Shown: one piece after another, positions 1 to 11,264 of the stretch | Layout of the letters: each line of letters opens with the position of its first letter | Position numbering within the stretch: position 1 is the stretch's first letter | DNA from: Pecten maximus | Lineage: Eukaryota | DNA length: 64,000 nucleotides | Reading direction: 5' to 3' | Assembly (NCBI RefSeq): GCF_902652985.1 | Contig: NC_047015.1 | Coordinates: forward strand, 47,802,001 to 47,866,000 | Program-made: the position numbers and the translations under genes | Notes under the pieces: generated by a model | Database searches by the model: none | What the model was told of the DNA's origin: nothing | Seen by the model: the letters and a program-made list of their open reading frames with translations, nothing else

Positions 1-40
1 TAGAGCAAATAAATATCCATCCCGTGTTTTGTAACATTTA

Positions 41-170
41 TATTGCCTTCTTTTGAGGGTACTGTAGTCTGATGGTTTGAGGGTTGGCATAGTACCGAAA
101 GTGTGGGTTCTATTCCACCTCAACAACATAATCAGACTATAGTGACCTCAAAATTTAAAGAAGGCAATAA
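41..170. repeat. Imperfect inverted repeat (~50-bp arms, ~27-bp loop), probably a DNA-transposon relic
   Basis: Left arm tattgccttctttt..gagggtactgtagtctgat..tgagggttgg (41-87) pairs with ccacctca..atcagactatagtgacctca..aaagaaggcaata (115-170). Confidence 0.6.
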
Positions 171-2449
171 TGTTTTATGTACATCACTCTTTCGGTACGT
201 TTTACTTTGCAAATATTAATATTCAACTGAATATTTTACCACAGGAGGGACTCACCTATAGCCATTTTCTTCGTCTGCATCAGTCGGAACAGTGAAGACG
301 ACGTCACAATAGATTTACATTCAACCTCACACTAAATTATATAATTAGTGCCCAGAAGGGCAGATACTATCACTTCTTAGTACTCACGTGTGTAGCCACT
401 GGGAAGTCAGTATTCTGTTACATGATGCATAAAAAAACAAGCAGGGCCTAATACATGTACATCTGCTTCTAAATTTCCTGTTTTACCACATTTCTGAATA
501 AGGCCAGCTTTTTCCTGCGCAATACTTTACAATACTCGCCTCTACATATATCCCAATGTGTTCTAGTCCTGGCTTATATTTCTTTATAAACAACTCTCAT
601 GTCTATGCTTAGTTTCCCATTTGTTATTCTGAAATCTGCCATTGAAGTCACTTGAATTGAAGAATAACTATACATTCTGCATTCCTGTATTTTGTGTTTG
701 TCAAGATATAGCTAAAATTATTAAGTTGATGATATTTTCCAAAATATATTTTTTGCATTTTTGGTGTTGAAAGTTAGAATATAATGACATTTATAAATAT
801 TTAAATTATATAATCAGTTGCGTTTGGATTTTGTTTTCATTATTACAGCTGTATTTGCAAATTTCATAATGAAATAGGTTATCCATTTGGACTTTGATAT
901 ACAATATAAACAAGTATAAATGTATTGTTAATGTATTAGAATAGTAGTTTATTTATATAGCTGTATCATTGGATTGGTTTATGAACACAAAAAACAATAG
1001 GAATTGTACTGGAGACAAATTTAACAAATTATCTGCATCTGAATGTCTCCCCTCCATCCAGAGTGATGTTCAAGGAAAATTACAGCATAATGGGTATTTC
1101 AAAATCAGTCATATCTCCATAGATATAACATGTGTACCTGTATACAATACTGGGTACTTATACTAACTTTCATATGTTGTGGTTCTGTTAATTAAACTGA
1201 TTATTGATTTATGTTAAAAGGGTGATAGTGTAATAATCAAATACAGTGACTGTTTGTTGTATGTGTAGCATTGTCAGAGATTTGTGAGAAACTCGACCTA
1301 AATGGCTACTGTGTATATTGTAAGAAAGGTGTTTGACATTATGGAAACCCACAAGTCTACACGAAGGACAAGAGTGTAGTCTTGGGGGGGGGGTTTCCAA
1401 CAATGGGTGGTCCGAGTGCAAGTGGATTGAAAGATAATTGCTCTTGTGAAGAAAAGTAAGTAAAACATTGTTAAGTGTAACTGAACCTGATTCTGGCAAA
1501 TATATAAAGATATATATACTATGTTTTAAAATAATAAACAAATTGCAGAAAATTTACTGAAGTAGTTACTTTTTCACTTGTCAATTTTTGAAAAAAAGTG
1601 TGCATTATACGCGAATATTTACGGTATATGTTATTCAATACCTGTAGTTGTTGCTTGCCAGTGTTTGTATACAGAAGGTCGAACTTACACCAGTACTTTG
1701 GTACTGCGTTACACCTTTGTCATATTCCAGTGGAAATGATATACTGGTAGCCAGGACAAAGTCCACGAGCGTTATTGCTCTACCCCAATCGTTGTCCGTA
1801 GACAGCTATGTTAAAGTGAATAAAACTGTGTTGTGTCAATACTAATGAGGGCACAGCTTAGCTAGTTGATGTGTGTTCCTTGTGACAAGACCTTGCAGAC
1901 TTGCTGACCTTTGACCTAGATTTACAAAACTAACTGAAGCCACCATATATGTTTACACTACCATATAGGGTTTTCATATTTCACATGCGTGTTCCTTGTG
2001 ACAAGACTTTTTCAATGGTACTAAATTTAGGGACCTTTTGACCTTGACATATGATGTAATTTTAAAAACCAATTCTGAATGTTAACTCTCTCATTGAGCT
2101 GTTGTCTTTTGACAACACTTGTTTGTACCCAAACCCGTTTTATAGGTGGAGAGAGCATGTAGTATTACCCATGTCAGTCTCATTCTGAATCATTGTTATC
2201 ACATACAATATCCTTTCTTTTGTGATTTTGATCAAGCTACATACAATGGTCACGTATGAGAAGACCATGCAGGTATTCAATTTTCAGGTTGCCAACGTCA
2301 CTGTTATTGTTTTATAAAATTCATCAACATCACTCAAATTTTCATCAAACTAACAATGTAAATACAACCACATTAACTTCGACTCCATGTAGGAGAGCTT
2401 ACGGAAGCCAACAAAATAGCATTTGTTAGGATGGTAACTAAACTGCAAT

Positions 2450-3060
2450 AGATACAATGGTTTATTACTGGACAAGGGCTTACTACTAGACAACGGCTTA
2501 TTACGAGACGTGTTCATTACCAGAGATGGACTAATTCCAAGACATGGGGTTATTACCAAACATGAGCTTATAACCAGACATGCATGGGTTTATTACCAAA
2601 CATGAGCTTATAACCAGACATGGGCTTATTACCAAAATAATCTTATAACCAGACATGGGCTTATTACCAAACAAGAGCTTATAACCAGACATGGGCTTAT
2701 TACCAGACATGGGCTTATTACCAGACCTGGGCTTACTACCAGACATGGGTTTATTACCAAACATGGGCTTATTACCAGACATGGGTTTAATACCAAACAT
2801 TGGCTTATTACCAGACAAGGGCTTATTACTAGACATTGGCTTACTGCTAGACATGTTCATTACCAGACATGGGTTTATTACCAAACATGGGCTTATTACC
2901 AGACATGGGTTTAATACCAAACATGGGCTTATTACTAGACCTGGGCTTACTACTAGACACAGGCTTATTACGAGACATGGACTAATTACCAAACATGGGC
3001 TTATTACTAGACAAGGGTTTAATACCAAACATGGGCTTATTGCCAGACATGGGATTATTG
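2450..3060. repeat. 18-bp minisatellite (consensus atgggcttattaccagac), ~30 copies
   Basis: Visible periodicity. It explains the repetitive ORFs 2531-3028, 2691-3068 and 2350-2559. Confidence 0.95.
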
Positions 3061-3597
3061 CAGGATAGATATATAAGCTTTTCTAGGTGAATAAAAAAGA
3101 ACATATATTCTAGTGTAAGTTTTTATTGATGATTATAACATAGTTACACGTAAATAAAACAAAATGTAAACATTTATGTACCAGACATGGACCACTATCC
3201 ACAATACAACTGTTAACAATTTTACTGACTAAAAATATCTGGCTTGAGCCAAAGTCATATGTAGGTCTGTGTGATAGAACAACCAGCAGTTATATAGATT
3301 TAGAAATGTGAAACTAAAACATACATATTATAATATTACAAAACAACATAGTTTAATAACATTTGGATGATGTTTCTTCTGTGAAAATCAGATTTAGAAT
3401 GGGCTCATCCAACATACAGCTGCTTTCATAAATGAAACGATCCAGATTGGAACAGAATTATTTCCCAATAAACCATGCATCTGGACTTAATTTAGACAAC
3501 AAACAAGTGTATTAATAAAAAGAATTTTTATCTGTCAATATTCTAATCAATAATACAAAAAAAAATTTCTTTGCATAAATAATTAACATAACATTGG

Positions 3598-3845
3598 TAC
3601 AGACAGACACTGCTGGACCCATTGATCTTTCAGACATACAATACTTGACCACTTGATCTTTCAGACAGACATTGCTTGACCCTTTTGGTCTTTCAGACAG
3701 ACAATGCTAGACCCTTTGATCTTTCAGACAGACAATGCTAGACCCTTTGATCTTTCAGATAGACCAGGCTGGTCCCTTTGATCTTTCAGACAGACAATGC
3801 TGGATCCTTTGATCTTTCAGACAGACACATCTTGACCCTTGATCT
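3598..3845. repeat. 31-bp tandem repeat (agacagacaatgctagaccctttgatctttc), ~8 copies, in the probable NAF1 3' UTR
   Basis: tttcagacag recurs at 3691 and 3722 (period 31). It lies between the NAF1 stop (3915) and a minus-strand AATAAA at ~3122. Confidence 0.9.
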
Positions 3846-3914
3846 ATAAGTGATAAACATTTTGTGATCAGTCAAAGTTAAAGGTATTAAATGTTTAATG
3901 TGGATTGGTGCTAC

Positions 3915-6900
3915 CTATTGTCTCCCATTTGGCCCCTGGGTAAAGTGGGGCTGACCTCCGAACACTGGTGGATGCTGGGGGTAGGGTGGCCGTGCCATCT
4001 GCTGATTAGCCATTGGTAGTGGGTGAAGGGGTGGCGGAGGAAGTGCAGGATTGTGCATGAAACTGTTATTGCTCTTTGTATTATTGGAGGAAGGTAAAAA
4101 TGGAGGTGGCATATTGAATTGGCTTGGATTAGTATTCAAAGCTGGGGGAGGAGACTGAAAAGTGATGTGTTGTGTAGATTGTGGTGAGGGTGGAAAACGT
4201 GACTGATTTATGTCGAACCCGCCATTTTGGTTGTAACTATTTTGGTGGGTTGGTGGAGGAGTTGAGAAGCTCTGTATTTGACTGTCTTGATTCATAACAA
4301 GTCTGTGGTCTGTAACAGGCTGTCTGGGTAAAGGAAATGGTTTGTAGCCCTCTGCGCTGCTCCATTCATTGGCACTGTTTGTAAAATTTGACCCAAAGGT
4401 TGTATTTCCCGCATGTGGATTTTGCCCCATCTGTGTGCCTGGAGAACCGAATCTACCAGGGGAGATAATTCCACTATTGTCCTGGTAAAACTGGCCAGGG
4501 CCTGGTTTCATGTTGTATGTTGGCTCAGACTGGAAAACAGCTGGCCTGCCAAAAGGTCCCTGAGCCCTAGGTCTAGGGTAGTGGAAGTGTTGGGGTGGTG
4601 CAGCGCCTCCTCTGCTATAAGGCCGACTAGCGTATCTAGGTCCTCCTCCTCTTCCTTGCTGGTTACCATAACTACACTGTGGGCCTCCACTATTGTAAGA
4701 ATCACCTGGTAAAGACAAGTACAATGTTATTATCTTACAATACTGTTAACTATCAGAGTAATACACTATTATAGGTACTGTACAAAGGTTGGAAGACAAA
4801 TATCAGTATTATCTTTGTGTTACATAACTGGAATGTTTGATGAGAGTTGCATATGGCCAAACAATGAGAAAAATTAAGTATAATAAAAGTCATCATGATG
4901 TTGATGTTAGGTCTCTACATGCTAGTAATAGTTACTTTTAACACCTTTATTAGGCACATCACATACAAACCTCCATTATTCCAGCCATTATGGGTTTTGT
5001 CAGTTTGTCCATACTGCTCAGTATCTTTCCTGAAATATAACCAGAGTATTTTATTACTTCTTTAAAATAAAACATACAGTTATTGTGAGGTTTTATGCAG
5101 GGTGTGTTTTAGAAATGACCTTGACTTACATTGCAGTTATACAAATGTCCCTGACCTACATACATGTACATGACCTACATTGTAGCTGTAGACTAGTCTT
5201 TGACCTAAACTGTAGTTGAAGACATGACCGACATTATAGTTGTAGACATGTCATTGACCTGCATTGTAGCCTTAAACATATCCTTGGCCTACATTGTGGC
5301 CATAAACATGTCCCTGACCTGCATTTTAGCCGTTAACATGTCCTTTACCTACATTATAGTTGTAGAAATGTCCCTGAACTACATTGTAGTTGTAGACTTG
5401 TCCTTGACCTACATTGTAGTTGAAGACATATCCTTGATCTACAGGGTAGACGTAGAAATGTCCCTGCCCTACATCTAGTTTAAGACATGTCCCTAACCAA
5501 TGATGTAGTTGTAAACATGTCCCTGACCTACATTGTAGTTGTAGACATGTCCTTGACCTAAACTGTAGTTGAAAACATGTCTTCGACCAACAGGGTAGTC
5601 CTAGAAATGACCCTGACCTACACTGTAGTTGCAGTCATGTCCCTGACCTAAATTGTGGCTGTAAACATGTCCCTGACCTACATTGTAACTGTAAACATGT
5701 TCCTGACCTACAATGTAGTTGTAGACATGTCCTTGACCTACATTGTAGCCGTAAACATATCCCTGACCAACAATGTAGTTGTAGGCATGTCCTTGACCTA
5801 CATTGTGGCCATAAACATGTCCCTGACCTACATTGTAGCTGTAAACATGTCCCTGACCTACATTGTAGCTGTAAACATGTCCCTGACCTACATTGTAGCT
5901 GTAAACATGTCCCTGACCTACGATGTAGTTGTAGACATGTCCTTGACCTACATTGTGGCCGTAAACATGTCCCTGACCTACACTGTATACGTAGTTGTAG
6001 ACATGTTCTTGACCTACATTGTAGCCATAAACATGTCCCTGACCTACATTGTGGCCGTAAACATATCCCTGACCATCAATGTAGTTGTAGACATGTCCTT
6101 GACCTACATTGTAGCCGTAAACATGTCCCTGACCGACATTGTGGCCGTAAACATATCCCTGACCATCAATGTAGTTGTAGACATGTCCTTGACCTACATT
6201 GTAGCCGTAAACATGTCCCTGACCTACATTGTGGCCGTAAACATATCCCTGACCATCAATGTAGTTGTAGACATGTCCTTGACCTACATTGTAGCCGTAA
6301 ACATATCCCTGACCTACATTGTGGTCGTAAACATGTCCCTGACCTACATTGTAGCCGTAAACATGTCCCTGACCAACAATGTAGTTGTAGACATGTCCTT
6401 GACTCTAACCTGTTAAAAATGCAACAATTACCAATAGATGTGCATTTATTTTATTAAGTTATCAGAAGTATGTACATATGTCTACGCATATGTATATAAA
6501 TTAAAAACTGAATCATGTAAGGACCTTTCATACGAATACAATATCAAAATCTTAGAATGTAAGTAGGGGTCTCATCATATTCAAGAACAGTAGGAAGTTG
6601 AGGGTTACCAATAACTTGAGGCCATTGGAGTGATCTATATGTCTATATAATATATATGTATGGAGTTTTGCCCTAAAAGCTCTGAGCCAAATTTAGTAAA
6701 ATTCATTTCAGCTGTTAAGGGTTAGTTTTCTTTAGGTAAAAAGTTTTTGTCAAATAATGGGCACTGTACCATGTCATAAGTCAGAAAAAAAAGCAAGCAT
6801 GCAGATCCTAGTATCGAGTGACCAGAGTTTATTCTCCGTATACTAACCAGAATTTCTGTGGTCGACCTGTTCCCCTTGTGGACGTCCTTCTGATCTTAGC

Positions 6901-9900
6901 CCCTGGTAACTGATCCCCTTCATTTCCGTCAGCCTCGTCTTTCTGTTTGGATCGATCTTTAGCTCTCGACTTGGACTTTGACGCCCTCTCTTCCTCATCA
7001 TCAGAATACTCCATATACTGAAGACACAAAAGGTAAGCATTTCATAATCTTACTACAAAAAATGTACATAATAATGATTCTGCCCAAGAAATATATCTTC
7101 CATTTTAAAGCCTTAAGGATATCCTCACAAATCTCGTAGGTTATTGTGACTTTGCGTCTCTATGAATTTAATAAATGACGAATAAATGTAAAGCCACGAG
7201 ACACATCAGATCTACCCATCAAACTGAGCCTTCAGATGTCGACAAATTTCACAAAATGTCTTTGCTGTGTTTTTGCTGATTATATGTTCCATGATGTCCA
7301 AGATAATTACCTTTTCTGGGGGTTCATTGTCATCTTTCCATGAGGCGTCTGATCCTTTCAGACTAGAAAATAAAAACATTGTATTTAAGAAGCCTGCAAA
7401 TTTGAAGCAAAGCATTACCTTGATATGGAATATGTATGTTTGGTAGCTATAGGGAGACAGGGCTTTTTCTATCGGCTTTGGGAAGGGGCCATTTGTCTCA
7501 TTTTGGAAAGAAAATTGATGAATTCGGAAAGATTTTTTTAGGAGTAAACAGCAAGTTTTGGGAATTTGGCTTAAATTTGAAATAATTTTAATGGGAATGG
7601 GGCCTTATAACCGCCCCAAAAAGCCCTCAGAAAAATCCCTGGGAGATAAAGCCACCACACTATCCAATGTTTAAAAGGAATTGATCACAAAGTACTCACC
7701 TTTTCAGAAAAGTGACAAACACGTATTTAGTGTAATCGTCCTTTGTTGGTGCGTAGAAGACCTTCATTCCAGTTTTAATTCCTTTTGCTTCTATATCCTT
7801 ATTTGAATTAAATCTCACAGAATACCACGGAGTACTCACTGGACCAAAAACTTCAAATACCTAAAAGTGAAAAAAGAGATCATACAGAAACCATTATCTA
7901 GAGCTATATAATGTACATGGTATAAATCTATACAATATAATGTATGATAACAGCACATAAAAAACTATTGAGTATTAAGTGTTATGTTTTCATTAATAAA
8001 ATTACTTAATGCCAGATACATCAAACCATACACAATGAAAGCTGTTCTTGTTAATCCCTGTTTAATCCGGAATCATATATGTATAAAAGTTTTTGGTCTC
8101 ACAAGCTTCTTACAAGGTATATATATATTATTTGGCCTTTACCCTGCCGAAAACCTTTGGTCCTTCAGTGAATAAAATGGTATCATCATTGAGAGGGGGC
8201 ACTCCGACCGCAGACTGAATGATTGCTGAAAAACATAAGTGAAAATATGAAAATGTATATATTTCAATAATGAATCCTTACACAAGAGGTAAAAAAAAAA
8301 ACCTAGCATGGAAAACATGAAATAAAAAATCCACAAGTTTTTCTGCTAGGCCTATCTGTAGTCTTCTATGATGTCATCTAATAATCGACTCATAATCAAA
8401 TATACAGATAAGAAAGGCCCTACCAGTATAACTACATGAAATAGTACTTGAAATATGTGCACGAATCTATTTTCATGATGGTGAGAAGGCAGTGAAAATG
8501 GACATGCAGTCTATACTCATCCCATATTAAAGTTTGGGCTAAAAACAGTTATTAAAATTATCTTTGTACTGGTATTATCATATCTAAAAATAGGTCAGAT
8601 ATCTTCCTTTTACACTTACCAAGTACCCCAAGTACGCTGGACACTGTTCCCACTGGCACCATTTCCAACCCTTCCTCAATATCCAAGGACAACTCCTCTA
8701 TAGGTGGAAGACTCTGTCAGAAAAATGTTTAAACATGAGGCAGGCCAACACATGTAATTCAAAAGTTTAATTGGGTCTGTTAAATTGTTCAAGTGCTTTA
8801 ATTTAGCAAACTGAAAATGAAAGGTAATTTTAATTATTATTATCACAGTGGCTTGGCATTAATGTGTTATATTATTGTCATAATACAAGTATATGGACAA
8901 TAGGTTGGAAATGTGTGCCAAGTCCCTGTGACTGTTACATGTAATGTTACTGTCAGTAAAAAGAGTGCAATTGTACAAATATATAAACATATAAAATAAA
9001 TATCACAAGTACTCACATCAAGACCAATTTCTCCTTCGGTTTTAATATCTTCAAACATAAATTTGTTGGATGCCTTGCCTGCTGCAGTATTTGGTCTGTA
9101 ATGAAATGATGAACAGGTTAGAATTTATGGAGCAGTGAACTGTAAGAAAGCTAATTACATGTATATATAATATACTTCTGCAGTAATAGCAAAGCAGAGG
9201 GTAAAGAAAACTTAATATTCATACTCATATACATGTATTCATAAGATTATCCTCTGTGTAAATGCTTACGGTACCATGAAGTTCCTTATAGCTACTGCCT
9301 TTATAAGGAAGAACTGAAGATGTAAAGCAACCAAACCTTCACGGTAAAATATTGTTTTACCAAGTAATATCACATACAGATCTCCATTAAAACAAATTCT
9401 TGACAAATTTACAGAAAAGTCTTTCTTGGCATCATATATAGTACCTTTCGGGTTGAGATGCAGTAACAGCTTCCTCTTCATCCTCACTGCTGCTGCTAGA
9501 ACTACTACTACTGCTGTCAGAGTCACTGTCAGAACTTTCCTGTTCTCTATATTCTGTCCCTTTTTTCTGTAATTCATCAGCTGTGTGACCTGCAGAGGTG
9601 GTCTTTTTGCTATTTTGTCCATTAACATTCAAAGTTTCCACTCCTGATATCTCTGAATTTTTGTTTTCAATTCTAGAAGATTCCAAGTTTTCTACTGTGT
9701 TTGTTGTACCATTTGTTGAAGACATCCCTGTTTCAACAGCTTGCATCCATATCTAACATTTGACAATTTTTAGTTTCATTCTCAGTGGTTTTTAAGTTTT
9801 CTTCTCCATTTGTTATACCTTCATTCATTGGGGACTTCCTTCCTTCTATCAATATGTCCGTTTTTAATGACTCAGATATTTTGTTTTCATTCTCTGTTGT

Positions 9901-10179
9901 CTCCTTTTCCCCTCCTTTTTTGATGCCTGGTTCTCCCTTTTCTATGCAGGTTTGCATGTCTATGGCTGATTTCACTTCATTTTCCATAGCAGCTCCATTG
10001 TCTGCATTTTGTTCTACATCCCCTACCAAATCCTGGTTATCAACACTTGCTGAGGCTGTTTTATCCACAACGTCTGGTGTAGGAATATGAGATGATGAGA
10101 GATTAGTACTTATAGTATTGCTGTTCAATTCACCACCCTCCTCATTAACATTTCCTACAGGATCAACTACTTCCATCAT
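3915..10179 (-). CDS. NAF1: H/ACA ribonucleoprotein complex non-core subunit NAF1 (multi-exon)
   Basis: Exons 10179-9445 (one frameshift near 9746), 9095-9017, 8713-8620, 8225-8143, 7860-7700, 7362-7311, 7017-~6850 and ~4705-3915, with GT/AG boundaries. Translation gives a poly-Ser tract, then the Gar1/Naf1 domain (LPPIEELSL..VGTVSSV..IIQSAVGVPPLNDDTILF..VFEVFGPVSTPWYSVRFN..KGSDASWKDDNEPPEKYMEYSDDEEE), then a Pro-rich C-terminus. The last junction is uncertain. Confidence 0.93.
5110..6410. repeat. 30-bp minisatellite (gacctacattgtagctgtaaacatgtccct), ~42 copies, in the last NAF1 intron
   Basis: Visible periodicity. It produces the 10-aa repeat ORFs 5224-5478 and 5655-6416. Confidence 0.95.
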
Positions 10180-10333
10180 GTTGCCTTACCAGCTGTTATA
10201 GCCCCTCTAATTAACTGTCTCTCTAACTGTCTCTCTAAGTACTTCAAGTAATCAATCTGAAATAAAAAATAAATAAAAATATTCAGACATTTGTATGGCT
10301 ATTAGAACATTTCATCACCTTGTGGTGACTGGG

Positions 10334-10564
10334 GATCTCTCTACATTACATGAAGCCCGAGCTTCCTCTGGCCGTGACACCATATGTCTGGTGTACTCCA
10401 ATAATATTAGAGGTTTACACGACAGGAAACTTTTGACAGGCTGTCATGTAACCGAGGTCGCAATATCCACCAATGTAATCAGGTGGAATAAGACCTCATA
10501 TACGTATAGGAGTAATGTCTGGTGTAGACAAGAAATGGTGACAGGGCCAGAGGAACTCGGGCTA
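10334..10564. mobile_element. Short MITE-like element with ~30-40-bp terminal inverted repeats (agcccgag(c/t)ttcctctggcc(c/g)tgacacca)
   Basis: agcccgagcttcctctggccgtgacacca at 10334 pairs with tggtgacagggccagaggaactcgggct ending at 10563. Related copies lie at 29161 and 29952. Confidence 0.75.
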
Positions 10565-10908
10565 CATAACATGTATATAGTATAGTTACTTAAAATTAAT
10601 TTAGAACAGTCTGTAGTATAATATATAGCTTTAAATAATAGCTATTTTGTAAAATATACAGAAATATGATTAAATTGCCAAACATGAACAAAATACAAGA
10701 AAACCAATTACTAGCCAGTCAAATTGGAATATGTATTGCTTAATCAGAGGAGGGTTGTGATAGTTATAGACGGTAACCCAACATTGTACGTCTTGACCAC
10801 GGTACCAGCTGCAGCAGAATATTTGCTTGTAACGTTATGAAATAACTGTTTTAATAATAGCATCTCGATACTGCTAAAATGTAAAATGTTAACAGAAAGT
10901 ATATTTAC

Positions 10909-11264
10909 CTGTAGCAACACACACACACAACCGGAACCATGTGGAGATATTTTGTCTACCTTGAACCCTGACCTTTAACCTTACGAACCGGATATAGAAA
11001 TAATGATTTTTTTTTTTCTGAGTTGAACTTTTATGCAGAAATATTTTTGCATGGTTAAAATAGCTTTTATGTGATTTATAACAGTTGTTTTATTTCAAAA
11101 ATAAATTATCTACAAAATTAATGTAAATTGATTTTTCGATAAGCGTCTGCTTTTTACAATATAGTTAAAGAAAAGATCCAAAGCATCCGAGTTCTTCCGT
11201 GAGAAGGCAACTTCCGGTGTTAATGCCCACATGTTTGACTGCGACTGGTTTTACGTAAATTAAA
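10909..11264. promoter_or_regulatory. Bidirectional NAF1/TIMM23 promoter
   Basis: The genes diverge. A minus-strand donor cag|gtaaat at ~10908 and an acceptor at ~10258 define a non-coding NAF1 first exon. An ETS/GABP-type ACTTCCGGT sits at 11210-11218, and the TIMM23 ATG is at 11265. Confidence 0.7.

Noticed and set aside
2350-3068. Repetitive ORFs (MGLLPD, PCLVIS, NKPMSG)
   Set aside because: By-products of an 18-bp minisatellite; open on both strands, with no domain or splice support.
3598-6410. CRISPR-like appearance of the 30/31-bp repeats
   Set aside because: Units are contiguous with no unique spacers, there are no cas genes, and the context is eukaryotic.
5224-6416. 253-aa and 84-aa plus-strand hydrophobic repeat ORFs
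   Set aside because: Translation of the 30-bp minisatellite, antisense within a NAF1 intron.
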